Below, one piece after another: positions 54,666-63,998 of a stretch of 64,000 bases of DNA; position 1 is the first letter of the stretch; each line of letters begins with the position of its first letter. Source of the stretch: Bdellovibrionales bacterium (GTDB lineage: Bacteria > Bdellovibrionota > Bdellovibrionia > Bdellovibrionales > UBA1609); NCBI GenBank assembly GCA_019637855.1, contig JAHBUX010000008.1, forward strand, positions 28,243 through 92,242, given 5' to 3'. Position numbers and translations under genes: made by a program. Below the pieces are notes generated by a model that did no database searches, was not told the origin of the DNA, and was given only the letters and a program-made list of their open reading frames with translations.

Positions 54666-55688
54666 TTATTCGAAACGGCTAAGGATTTTGCCCAGTGCTT
54701 CGCGCGAGGGGCGACTTTCCTCGCCCACAGCGCTTAGCGGGCGGGCTGGCAAGGCCAATTGTTCACCCAGCGGGCGGCTGTCCTTGTCCCAATAAAATAA
54801 ACCTGTCAGGAATTCGCCCTTGTTGCGTGCTTCGTTTAAACGCGCAAAAGCCAAATCTCGATTGGCGATGTCGTGCTCGGCGCTCAAAAGCTTGCGCAAA
54901 ATCAAACGACTGCCGTCGTGCAGTTCGACTTGCTGAGTGGTGCCCTCTTCGTACTGCACCTTAATCTCCTGCTGCGGCTGTACAAAGCCCAGCTCCTGCA
55001 GATGCACATTGTGCGACTTGACCGCATCGAACGAACGCGTTGAACCCTCGTGATTGGCAAACGTCACACAGGGCGAAATCACATCGATAAAAGCCGTGCC
55101 CCGATGGCGGATCGCCAAGTTCAACAGCGGAACCATCTGCTTCGCATCACCGGAAAACGAGCGTGCCACAAACGTGCAGCCCATCTCTAAAGCCAATGTG
55201 CACAAATCGATGCCCTGAAACGAATTGATAAGGCCGCTTTTCGCCTTCGAACCCGACTCCGCCGTGGCCGAAAACTGACCCTTCGTTAAACCGTACACAC
55301 CATTGTTCTCGACGATGTAGATCATCGGGATATTTCGGCGCAACATATGAGCAAAGCTGCCAAGACCAATGCTGGCCGTATCACCATCACCGGAAACGCC
55401 AATCAACTGTTGTGAACTATTGGCTAGGTGAACTCCTGTCGCCACCGGCGCCATTCGACCATGAATCGAATTGAAACCATGCGAGCGCCCGAGGAAGTAT
55501 GCCGGCGTCTTGCTCGAACAACCAATGCCCGACAACTTCGAAACCTTGTAGGGATCGACGCTGGATTGGTAAAACGCGGTGATGATGTGACTCGTGATCG
55601 AGTCATGACCACAGCCTACGCACAACGTGCTCTTAGCGCCGACGTAGTCAGTTTTGTTTAAGCCCACGCGGTTGGTTTCGCCACTCAT
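54666..55688 (-). CDS. korB: 2-oxoglutarate/2-oxoacid:ferredoxin oxidoreductase beta subunit (TPP-binding)
   Basis: CVGCGH at the N-terminus and the TPP motif GVSGDGDTASIG...NNGVYGLTKGQ. The ATG at 55688 overlaps the korA stop in ATGA. Confidence 0.85.
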   Translation of the reverse strand: MSGETNRVGLNKTDYVGAKSTLCVGCGHDSITSHIITAFYQSSVDPYKVSKLSGIGCSSKTPAYFLGRSHGFNSIHGRMAPVATGVHLANSSQQLIGVSGDGDTASIGLGSFAHMLRRNIPMIYIVENNGVYGLTKGQFSATAESGSKAKSGLINSFQGIDLCTLALEMGCTFVARSFSGDAKQMVPLLNLAIRHRGTAFIDVISPCVTFANHEGSTRSFDAVKSHNVHLQELGFVQPQQEIKVQYEEGTTQQVELHDGSRLILRKLLSAEHDIANRDLAFARLNEARNKGEFLTGLFYWDKDSRPLGEQLALPARPLSAVGEESRPSREALGKILSRFE

Positions 55689-57484
55689 GTAGATACCATT
55701 TCTGCCGCATGGATCTGCTCGTAAACGAAGTCTGGATCGAGCGGCATGCCATCGTAATGCAATACCGAAACGCACTTGCTCGAGTATTGCGGCATTTCAC
55801 TGCGCACGATGCTCATCAGCTGCGCATCGCGGTTTTGTTCGACGATGTAAATGCGGTCATGTGAGGCCAAAAATTCTTCAAATTCGAGGGTCAGAGGCAA
55901 AGCCCGCAAACGCATGTAGTTGGTGCAGATACTATTTCTTTGCAAAAGAAAGCGGGCTTCCGAGGTCGCCTCATGCGAGCTTCCGAATGTTACAATGCCT
56001 ACCTTATTATCCGGTTGTACATCCGCGACGGGGCGGGGAACAAGGAGGCGAGCGGTGTCGAGCTTGCGCGAAAGGCGGTCCACATTGGCTTTGTAGGTCT
56101 CTGGATTTTCGGAATATAGGCCCGCCTCATCATGGCCCGTGCCACGCGTGAAGTAAGCCGCCGTCGGATGCGCTGTCCCCGGCAAAGTGCGATAGGGAAC
56201 TCCATCGCCGTCCACATCTTTGTAACGCTGAAACCGTCCCGCCGCCGCCAGCTGTTCAGCGCTCAACACTTTTCCGCGGGCAAATGGCTTTTCAGGATAA
56301 GCAAACTTGGTTGCGCCATGCAGATTCATGCCGATGTCCAAATCACTTAGCACGATCACCAACGTCTGCAAGCGCTCGGCCAAATCAAAAGCCACTTGGC
56401 CGTACTCGAAACACTCCTCCGGAGTTCCCGGAAGTAAGACGACGTGTTTGGTGTCCCCATGCGAAAGATAGTAAGCCGCATGCAGATCCCCCTGCATCGT
56501 CCGCGTCGGCAAGCCCGTGGACGGCCCCACCCGTTGCACATCCCAGATCACGGCCGGGATCTCGGCGTAATAAGAGAGACCTGCGGCCTCAGCCATCAAA
56601 GACAAACCCGGCCCTGACGTGGCAGTCATGGCCCGTGCACCAGCCCAGCCCGCACCAAGCACCATGGCGATAGACGCCAACTCGTCTTCAGCCTGAACTA
56701 CGGCGAAGTTCTTCTTTCCGTCAGCATCGATACGATACTCACTGGCCATATCGATAAAGGATTCCACCACCGAGCTTGAAGGTGTGATGGGATACCAGGC
56801 CACCACCGTACAACCACCAAATACCATGCCCATGGCCGAGGCCGTGTTGCCATCGATCAAAATCTTACCGTCGTTTTGGCCGGCACGTTCCGCAACCTCC
56901 CAGGGCAGGTCGACATCTTTCAGGTGTTCGGCGGCGTAGGCACGGCCCGCGGCGATCGCCTTCTTGTTGGTCTCGATGACCGAACTTTTATCGCCAAACT
57001 GATGCTCGATGGTCGCATCCAAAGCGGATTCAGGAATTCCCAGCAGCTCGGCCAGTACGCCCACGTAGGCCATATTGACTAAGAGTTTTTTAAGCTTCAC
57101 CGAGTCGGTGACGTTATCGACAATCTTCTTAAACGGAATACTGATCACGTGTACATCAGGGCGCCACTGCGATTCAGGCAGCTTGGCATCGGCACTCAGC
57201 AAAACATAACCGCCCGGGTGCACCAGCTTCATATCTTCGCTGGCCGTGGCTGGATTCATAGCCACCACCATATCGGCCAGCCGTTTGCGCGCCGTAAAGC
57301 CTTTCTCATTCACCCGAATGGTGAACCACGTGGGTAGCCCCTGAATGTTGGATGGAAACAGGTTTTTGCCCCCCACCGGCAAGCCCATACGGAAAAGTGT
57401 CCGCACCAACACGTTGTTGGACGACTGGCTGCCGCTGCCATTGGCCGTTGCCACTGTGATAACGAAGTTATTGACGGAGGACAT
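55685..57484 (-). CDS. korA: 2-oxoglutarate/2-oxoacid:ferredoxin oxidoreductase alpha subunit
   Basis: A 599-aa fused gamma/alpha-type subunit (GSGSQSSN, YPITPSS, ATSGPGLSLM). Immediately upstream of korB. Confidence 0.85.
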   Translation of the reverse strand: MSSVNNFVITVATANGSGSQSSNNVLVRTLFRMGLPVGGKNLFPSNIQGLPTWFTIRVNEKGFTARKRLADMVVAMNPATASEDMKLVHPGGYVLLSADAKLPESQWRPDVHVISIPFKKIVDNVTDSVKLKKLLVNMAYVGVLAELLGIPESALDATIEHQFGDKSSVIETNKKAIAAGRAYAAEHLKDVDLPWEVAERAGQNDGKILIDGNTASAMGMVFGGCTVVAWYPITPSSSVVESFIDMASEYRIDADGKKNFAVVQAEDELASIAMVLGAGWAGARAMTATSGPGLSLMAEAAGLSYYAEIPAVIWDVQRVGPSTGLPTRTMQGDLHAAYYLSHGDTKHVVLLPGTPEECFEYGQVAFDLAERLQTLVIVLSDLDIGMNLHGATKFAYPEKPFARGKVLSAEQLAAAGRFQRYKDVDGDGVPYRTLPGTAHPTAAYFTRGTGHDEAGLYSENPETYKANVDRLSRKLDTARLLVPRPVADVQPDNKVGIVTFGSSHEATSEARFLLQRNSICTNYMRLRALPLTLEFEEFLASHDRIYIVEQNRDAQLMSIVRSEMPQYSSKCVSVLHYDGMPLDPDFVYEQIHAAEMVST

Positions 57485-57508
57485 AGCCTAGAGTCTTACC
57501 AGAGACGT

Positions 57509-58288
57509 CTATTCGTCTTCAAGGTCATCCGCCGTATTTTCGTCCTCATCGGGCAGGGGAGGAAGGCTAGAGGGGCGATAGGCGTTGGGATTGATCTTGG
57601 TTACCCATTCACGATAGGCGAGAATAATCTCGTCGATCGGGGCCGGGGGGTGGACAGGACCCACGTGCACGCGCAAAACACCCGGAAACGGGATCAAACG
57701 CCCTTTGGGCCACAGTTCATTGTTGCCCTCAAGGTAGAGGAAGATAATCGGCGTTTCTGTGCGCATCGCAAACAGGCTCACCCCACGTTTAAAGGGATTG
57801 ATGTAACCATCCTTGGAGCGCGTGCCCTCGGGAAATAGAATCAACCAAATGCGCGGCAGGTTTTCCAGCAAATTGGTGCACAGTTTGATGGCCTCACCTT
57901 TGCGATCTTTGCGGTCGATGGGAATGGCGCCCAGGCAGTGCTTGCTGAAAAAAGTGAATAGCGGATTACTGAACCAGTAGTCCTTAGCCGCCGTGATAAA
58001 CAAAAACTTCCAATAGCGAAACGGTACCGCCGCGGCGATCGACACCGCATCCAAGTGACTGGAGTGATTGGAGATCAACAGCAGGCGTTTGTGCTCTTTA
58101 TAGACCTTGTGAAAGTCACCCACCACCTGCAGGCGAATATAGAAACGAAAGGCGATGAAGATAAACAGACCCCACAGCATGCGAAAGATCAGGCTGGTGA
58201 AGTCGAAGTAGCGCGTGAACAGCGGCAGATGTTTCAGATGCGGAGGCAACTGGGTCCACTGCTCGTTCTCGTAGTTCCAGTCTCTCAT
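57509..58288 (-). CDS. 1-acyl-sn-glycerol-3-phosphate acyltransferase-like (PlsC family)
   Basis: Acyltransferase motifs NHSSHLD (H(x)4D) and FPEGTRS. N-terminal TM and an acidic C-terminal tail. Confidence 0.8.
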   Translation of the reverse strand: MRDWNYENEQWTQLPPHLKHLPLFTRYFDFTSLIFRMLWGLFIFIAFRFYIRLQVVGDFHKVYKEHKRLLLISNHSSHLDAVSIAAAVPFRYWKFLFITAAKDYWFSNPLFTFFSKHCLGAIPIDRKDRKGEAIKLCTNLLENLPRIWLILFPEGTRSKDGYINPFKRGVSLFAMRTETPIIFLYLEGNNELWPKGRLIPFPGVLRVHVGPVHPPAPIDEIILAYREWVTKINPNAYRPSSLPPLPDEDENTADDLEDE

Positions 58289-59208
58289 CGGAAGTCGATC
58301 TGCTGCAGATAGATGTAGAGGTAAAAGTACATGGGACCGATAAAGATCAGTTTTTCCACCCGGGTGAGGATGCCGTCGCGGCCGATAATGAAGATACCCG
58401 TGTCTTTAATGCCCAAGTCACGGCGAAACACATTGATCAATAGATCGCCCATACGGCCGAAGATGGCGGCCACCAGACCCGCGGCAATCCAAAAGCGTTC
58501 GGAGCGATCGGGGAGCAGGTGACGCAAGCCCCACGCGCACAGCATGGTGACGATCAACGCGACCAGCATGCCCTCGATGGTCACTTTGCTGGTGATACGG
58601 CTAAAGGGTTTGTACTTGCCCCAGATTTTGGAGACGGCCCAGGAGGTGTTCTCGCTGACCTCAGCCAACAGATAGAGATATAGCACCATCAGTTCGCCGC
58701 CTTCAAAGGTCAGCAGGCGGCCCATGTGCATGTAGGACCAACCCCAAAAGATAAAGGCCATCAACGACAGCGCGATGTATTGAATCATCTGCGTGGCCGA
58801 GTTGCGCAACATCGGGATCAAGCAAATCACGAACAAAAAGATCATGGGCGAGAGATTGTAGAACTCAAGCTGACCGTGATTGATGATATGGCCTAATGCG
58901 AAGATGCCGAGGTAGGTCGTCCACACAAACCAGCTGCGGTGATACATGCCGACGAGTTGAAAGAACGATTTGGCGCTGAGCACGCCCATCCAAGTGACGA
59001 ACACCAGCGGCCAAGGTTTGGGCAAAGCAAAAGCCAGGAAGAGCAGTGGAGCGACGAACATCCAGCTCTTGGCACTGGCCCAACCGGAAGCAAACGGAGC
59101 GCCTTTGCGCCTGAGGAAAAACAGCAGCAGGCTGAGTACGGCCAAAGACCCTAAAATAATGGCTGCTGTCTCAACGTAGCGCGGATTGTTCCAAAGGCCG
59201 TAAATCAT
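58285..59208 (-). CDS. CdsA-family (phosphatidate cytidylyltransferase-like) membrane protein with degenerate C-terminal signature
   Basis: About 8 TM segments. ITSKVTIEG matches the family SP.KT.EG motif. The C-terminal signature reads NVFRRDLGIKDTG..IGRDGILTRVE instead of S..KR....KD...PGHGG..DR.D. Confidence 0.6.
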   Translation of the reverse strand: MIYGLWNNPRYVETAAIILGSLAVLSLLLFFLRRKGAPFASGWASAKSWMFVAPLLFLAFALPKPWPLVFVTWMGVLSAKSFFQLVGMYHRSWFVWTTYLGIFALGHIINHGQLEFYNLSPMIFLFVICLIPMLRNSATQMIQYIALSLMAFIFWGWSYMHMGRLLTFEGGELMVLYLYLLAEVSENTSWAVSKIWGKYKPFSRITSKVTIEGMLVALIVTMLCAWGLRHLLPDRSERFWIAAGLVAAIFGRMGDLLINVFRRDLGIKDTGIFIIGRDGILTRVEKLIFIGPMYFYLYIYLQQIDFR

Positions 59209-60543
59209 CTATTCGCTCCGCCACTGAATCCCGTGGTCCTTAATCTTTTTGTACAGACTAGAACGCGAGATTTTCAGTGTGCGGGCAGCTTCGTCAATAT
59301 CGTTCTGATTGGACAGGGCTTTTTGTATGATTTGCGCCTCATACTCATTCACCAAATCCGACAAACCACGGTTCAGATCCACGTGCGTGGTCTGCACGCC
59401 CTGGGCCTGCGGGCGAATCACTGCGAGCACATCCTCACGCCGTAAAACGGGCAGAGGCGCCAGCAAAATCAGCTGTTCACAAACCCGTTTCAATTCGCGC
59501 ACGTTGCCGGGCCAGTGATACTCCTTCAGCACCTGCATGGCGTCATCGCCGATCTCTTTTTTGCGATACTTGTCTTGCGACAAGAAGTGGCGCACCAGTT
59601 CGGCAATGTCTTCGGGGCGTTCGCGCAAGGGCGGTAGCAGAATCTTTTTGCCGCTCAGGCGCCATAGCAGATCTTCACGAAACTTGCCTTCAGACACCAG
59701 TTGATTGAGATTGCGGTTGGTGGCCGCAATCACGCGGCATTGCACAATCATGGCCTCTTTGGCACCTACGCGGCGCACTTCGCCGGTTTCTAAAAAACGC
59801 AACAGCTTGGCCTGCAGCGGCGGCGACAGCGCTTCGATCTCATCCAAGAAAAGATCGCCGCCATTAGCGGCTTCAGCTAAACCCATTTTGTTTTGATCGG
59901 CGCCGGTGAAAGCGCCTTTGACGTGACCGAAGAATTCAGATTCAAAAAGATTTTCGGGCACGCTCGCCACGTTGATGGCGACAAATGGGCCGCCTGGGGC
60001 TTGTGAGTGAATCAAGGCTGCCGAAACCTCTTTGCCCGTTCCGGACTCACCTTCGATCAGAATGGGGCCGTTCTCGTTGCGCAGTTGGGCGATCTGCCGC
60101 TGAATGGTCTGTGAAGCGCTGCTCGATCCCACCCAGCGCACGCCGGCCGTGCCCGAGCGCGAAGTCGCTCCCTGCATCAAGAACAGGGCTTCAATTTTAT
60201 CCAGCGTCAGAGTGAGTTCATCCAGACTGAGAGGTTTGGCCAAGAAGCGGGAAGCACCGGCCTTCAAGCATTGTTCCATAATCTGGCGATCCAGATTTCC
60301 CGACATGGCGATGATTTCCAAATGCGCGTGTTTTTGCGACAACCGGCGGATGACTTCGATGCCTTCGGTGCGGCCTAGCTGGCCGGTGAGATGAATATCC
60401 ACCAAAGCCGCGTGATAGCCGCGCTCGGGTAGATTGGCCGGGTTTTGACAGGCCATCATGCGCCATTGATCAGGCAGCGCCAGCTTTACCGACTGGATCA
60501 CCAGATCATCGTCGTCTACGACCAGCAGAATCAATTCTCTCAT
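59209..60543 (-). CDS. sigma-54-dependent response regulator (NtrC family)
   Basis: REC domain (AALVDIHL), GESGTGKE, the GAFTGA loop (HVKGAFTGA) and a C-terminal HTH. Its stop abuts the CdsA-like start with zero spacing. Confidence 0.88.
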   Translation of the reverse strand: MRELILLVVDDDDLVIQSVKLALPDQWRMMACQNPANLPERGYHAALVDIHLTGQLGRTEGIEVIRRLSQKHAHLEIIAMSGNLDRQIMEQCLKAGASRFLAKPLSLDELTLTLDKIEALFLMQGATSRSGTAGVRWVGSSSASQTIQRQIAQLRNENGPILIEGESGTGKEVSAALIHSQAPGGPFVAINVASVPENLFESEFFGHVKGAFTGADQNKMGLAEAANGGDLFLDEIEALSPPLQAKLLRFLETGEVRRVGAKEAMIVQCRVIAATNRNLNQLVSEGKFREDLLWRLSGKKILLPPLRERPEDIAELVRHFLSQDKYRKKEIGDDAMQVLKEYHWPGNVRELKRVCEQLILLAPLPVLRREDVLAVIRPQAQGVQTTHVDLNRGLSDLVNEYEAQIIQKALSNQNDIDEAARTLKISRSSLYKKIKDHGIQWRSE

Positions 60544-60625
60544 AGGCTCTACCTCTGTCTAAAAACTAAAAGTACATCGAGAAAGGGCGTGTGACAACGA
60601 AATGGAACTGGAGTACCTATGGGCT

Positions 60626-61828
60626 ATGTCCATCAAAATTTTACTCCTCGAAAACATCCACCCGTGCGCTCAAGAGGCTCTGGCCGAGCAAGGATTTCAG
60701 ATCCATGTAGAAAAGGGCGCTTTGGGCGAAGATCAGCTGGCAGCTAAACTGGCGGACTATCAGGTCCTGGGTATTCGTTCCAAGACGCAAATCACCGCCA
60801 AGATCCTTGAGCGTAACCCGCATCTGCATGCCATTGGCGCCTTCTGTATCGGTACCAATCAAATCGATTTGATAGAGGCCAATCGTCAAGGCATCCCAGT
60901 GTTCAATGCGCCCTATAGCAACACCCGCAGCGTCGCGGAGTTGGTTTTGGCCGAGATGGTGGCCCTATCGCGCCAGCTGGGAGATGTGAACAACGCCGCC
61001 CACAGAGGCGAATGGCTGAAGTCGGCCAAGGGCGCGCGCGAGGTGCGTGGCAAGACATTGGGCATCGTGGGATATGGGCATATCGGAAGTCAGGTGAGCA
61101 TTTTGGCGGAGGCTTTGGGCCTGCGCGTGCTTTACTACGATATTGTTAAGAAGCTGCCGCTGGGCAATGCGCGCTCGACGGACTCGCTCAACGATCTGCT
61201 GACCCAATCGGATTTCGTGACTTTGCATGTTCCTGAAACACCTTTGACCCGAAATATGATGGGTGCCTCCGAACTTCAGATTATGCGGCGCTCAGCATGC
61301 TTAATCAATGCTTCGCGCGGAACGGTGGTCGAGATCCCGGCTCTCGCGGCAGCGGTGAAGTCCGGTCACATTGGTGGGGCGGCCTGCGACGTTTTCCCAG
61401 AGGAGCCTGAGAACAACGATCAGAGATTTCACAGCGAGTTGCAGGGTTTGAAAAACGTGATTCTGACTCCGCATATCGGTGGCAGCACCGAAGAGGCACA
61501 AGAGGCCATCGGTCGCGAAGTGGCGCACAGCCTGGGAGAGTTTTTGCTCTCCGGCCTGACCTTGGGAGCGGTGAACTTTCCTCAGGTCAGCGTGCCGCCC
61601 AAAGACAAGAACACCTCACGCTTGATCAACGTGCATAGAAACGTGCCGGGCGTGCTGGGGGAGATCAACGGCATCGTGTCCAAAGCCGGTGGCAATATTC
61701 GGGCGCAGTATCTGTCGACCGATATTCATATGGGCTATGTGGTGATGGATACTGAGGGCGATAAACCTGGGCAGATTTTTGACCAGGTTTCCCGGCTTAA
61801 GACTTCGATTAAGACACGAATAGTCTAA
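60626..61828 (+). CDS. serA: D-3-phosphoglycerate dehydrogenase with C-terminal ACT domain
   Basis: MSIKILLLENIH.., NAD motif GIVGYGHIGSQV, catalytic ..ASRG..V../..TPHIGGST. About 400 aa, as for E. coli-type SerA. Confidence 0.88.
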   Translation: MSIKILLLENIHPCAQEALAEQGFQIHVEKGALGEDQLAAKLADYQVLGIRSKTQITAKILERNPHLHAIGAFCIGTNQIDLIEANRQGIPVFNAPYSNTRSVAELVLAEMVALSRQLGDVNNAAHRGEWLKSAKGAREVRGKTLGIVGYGHIGSQVSILAEALGLRVLYYDIVKKLPLGNARSTDSLNDLLTQSDFVTLHVPETPLTRNMMGASELQIMRRSACLINASRGTVVEIPALAAAVKSGHIGGAACDVFPEEPENNDQRFHSELQGLKNVILTPHIGGSTEEAQEAIGREVAHSLGEFLLSGLTLGAVNFPQVSVPPKDKNTSRLINVHRNVPGVLGEINGIVSKAGGNIRAQYLSTDIHMGYVVMDTEGDKPGQIFDQVSRLKTSIKTRIV

Positions 61829-61860
61829 GAACTGGTCGACCACTGTGTGGTCGCCAGTTC
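61829..61860. repeat. 14-bp-stem palindromic hairpin immediately after the serA stop (also the left terminal repeat candidate of the IS-like element)
   Basis: GAACTGG(T)CGACCAC-tgt-GTGGTCGCCAGTTC, with one bulged T. No U-tract follows. Confidence 0.7.
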
Positions 61861-61888
61861 GGCTTAAGGCTTGCTTAGTCTTAGGGTC

Positions 61889-62767
61889 ATGCACCTCAGC
61901 TGCCCTTATTGTGAGCTTTCACGTGATTATGTGATCGATTCTCGGACGATCGTCCGGCACGGCGTCTTTCGCCGGACTTCCGATTCGAAATCTATTGAAC
62001 GATTTCGCTGCTTAATCTGCAAAAAGACCTTCTCCAAAGCCACTTCACATCCCTTTGTCAGACAAAAGAAACGGCAGAAAAACCCGATGATCTTTGAGCT
62101 TTTGGCCTCAGGTGTTTCACAAAGAAGGATAGCCAGGCTTTTAAGAGTGAATAGAACCACCATTGCAAGAAGGCTTATTTTTTTAGGAGAGCTCTGTAGA
62201 GAAAAGCTCTTTATGGACAATGCGGATGAACCCATCACCGAGCTTCAGTTCGATGATCTGGAAACAATAGAGCATAGCAAGTGTAAGCCGGTCAGCGTGA
62301 CCTTAGCGGTTGAGGGAAAGACCCGTAGGCTTGTAGGCTTCCGTGTGGCCTCAATGCCCGCAAAAGGTCTTCTTTCAAAGAAAGCGATTCAAAAATATGG
62401 CTACCGTAAAGACGAGCGCTCTCAGAAGAGAAAGGAGCTCTTTAAAGAGCTACAGCCGCTTATTAAACCCGGCACCTTGATTAAATCGGACTCCAATCCC
62501 TACTACACCGCCGATGTGAAGGCCTTTTTTCCCGGCTGCATCCATGAAACGTGTATTGGGAAGCGGGGATCGGTCACAGGACAGGGAGAACTCAAAAAGG
62601 TAAGGTTCGACCCCATCTTCAGCCTCAATCACACCTGTGCGATGCTGCGAGCGAACATTGCAAGATTGATCCGAAAGACCTGGTGTACGACTAAAAAACG
62701 GGAGCGTTTGGCGGACCATATCGCCATCTACGCCGTCTATCACAATCAACATTTAAAGAAGGCTTAG
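61889..62767 (+). CDS. IS1/IS1595-like transposase (Zn-ribbon + HTH + DDE/DDN domain)
   Basis: CPYC...CLIC zinc ribbon and an HTH (SQRRIARLLRVNRTTIARRL). D in FDDLETIEH and D in IKSDSNPYY. The C-terminal LNHTCAMLRANIARLIRKTWCTTKK aligns with the IS1 block IERHNLNLRQHLARLGRKS.SFSK, placing N where IS1 has E. Confidence 0.6.
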   Translation: MHLSCPYCELSRDYVIDSRTIVRHGVFRRTSDSKSIERFRCLICKKTFSKATSHPFVRQKKRQKNPMIFELLASGVSQRRIARLLRVNRTTIARRLIFLGELCREKLFMDNADEPITELQFDDLETIEHSKCKPVSVTLAVEGKTRRLVGFRVASMPAKGLLSKKAIQKYGYRKDERSQKRKELFKELQPLIKPGTLIKSDSNPYYTADVKAFFPGCIHETCIGKRGSVTGQGELKKVRFDPIFSLNHTCAMLRANIARLIRKTWCTTKKRERLADHIAIYAVYHNQHLKKA

Positions 62768-62846
62768 GAAAGCTAAGCTCCGTTGATCAAAATGATCCCG
62801 AAGAGATCATCGCTCCGTCCAAAAACCACAGGCTGGTCAGCCAGTT

Positions 62847-63998
62847 CTAGAAGATCTTCCCGGGATTTAAGATGGAATCGGGATCGAAGACTTTTTTGAT
62901 CCCTTTCATCAAAGTGATCTCCTCCGCGGAGCGCGTACGATTCAAGTAGGGTTTTTTAGTCAGGCCCACGCCGTGCTCGGCGGAGACCGAGCCTTGAAAG
63001 CGTTCAATCATATCGAACATCAGATCGTCGACCTTCTTGCATTCTTGCAAAAATTCCGCGGTCGCCATGTCTCTAGGTTTTAAAATGTTGATGTGCAAGT
63101 TGCCGTCGCCGATATGGCCGAACCAGACCACTTCGAAGTGCGGGTAGTTCTTCGTCAAGATGCCGTCCATCTCGATCAAAAACTCAGGCACTTTGGCGAT
63201 GCGGACAGAGATATCATTTTTGTAGGGTGAAAACGGGGCTGTGGCTTCGCTGATATCTTCGCGCAAACGCCAGAGCTCCTTAGCCTGTTGCGGATTTTGC
63301 GCTTGGATCCCATCGAGAATCCAACCCTGTTCCATGCCATTTTCGAAAATCGTCATGGCCTTTTCGAGTACTTCTTCGGCGGCGGTTTCGAACTCCACCA
63401 GCACATAATAGTTGTGCGGCTCACCAAACGGACGTTTCAGATCGGTGTGGTGATGAAGCACGTGTTTCAGCGCCACTTCGGTGAACATCTCAAAAGCCAA
63501 TACGGGCAGTTGAGTTTTAAAGGCGTGGTAGATCTTCATCACGCTCGACAAGTCTTCCACGCCAAAGCAGAACAGATTGGCCGGGGCGGTAGGGCGCGAA
63601 AGATTCAAAGTCACTTTGGTGATCAATGCCAACGTGCCTTCCGAACCTATCAGCAGATGGCGCAGATCATAGCCCGTGGCGTTTTTGACCAGCGAATTGT
63701 TTAAATGCAGAACTTCGCCGCTTCCTGTGACGGCTTCAAGGCCGGCCACCCATTGACGAGTCAGGCCGAAACGCAGAACTTTGATTCCACCGGCATTGGT
63801 GGCCACGTTGCCGCCGATTTGACTTGAGCCGCGCGAAGCAAAATCGACCGGATAGATCAGGCCTTTTTCTTCGGCAAACTTCTGCACGGTTTCGGTAATG
63901 ACTCCGGCCTCAACCGTAACGGTTTGGTCCGCCTCGTTGTATTCGAGAATGCGATTCATCTTTTGAAAGGACACCACCACTTCGCCGTTCAAAGCCAC
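62847..63998 (-). CDS. FAD-linked oxidase (GlcD / D-lactate dehydrogenase family), N-terminus outside the window
   Basis: FAD-binding PCMH-type motifs (GGNVATNAGG, ITKVTL). The C-terminal oxidase domain ends in AEHGVGL.K....DP..ILNPGKIF. The reading frame is open to the window edge. Confidence 0.8.
   Translation of the reverse strand: MALNGEVVVSFQKMNRILEYNEADQTVTVEAGVITETVQKFAEEKGLIYPVDFASRGSSQIGGNVATNAGGIKVLRFGLTRQWVAGLEAVTGSGEVLHLNNSLVKNATGYDLRHLLIGSEGTLALITKVTLNLSRPTAPANLFCFGVEDLSSVMKIYHAFKTQLPVLAFEMFTEVALKHVLHHHTDLKRPFGEPHNYYVLVEFETAAEEVLEKAMTIFENGMEQGWILDGIQAQNPQQAKELWRLREDISEATAPFSPYKNDISVRIAKVPEFLIEMDGILTKNYPHFEVVWFGHIGDGNLHINILKPRDMATAEFLQECKKVDDLMFDMIERFQGSVSAEHGVGLTKKPYLNRTRSAEEITLMKGIKKVFDPDSILNPGKIF

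Larger units (their letters stand above)
61829..62847 (+). mobile_element. IS1/IS1595-superfamily-like single-ORF insertion element (boundaries tentative)
   Basis: It carries the transposase-like ORF. The 23-nt ends GAACTGGTCGACCACTGTGTGGT (61829-61851) and the reverse complement of 62825-62847 (GAACTGGCTGACCAGCCTGTGGT) match at 18 of 23 positions. The interior is AT-richer than its flanks. Confidence 0.45.

Noticed and set aside
61829-61860. The hairpin after serA as a plain rho-independent terminator
   Set aside because: No U-tract follows on either strand, and one arm recurs at the other side of the transposase gene. I kept it as a repeat and possible IS end. A terminator role is not excluded.
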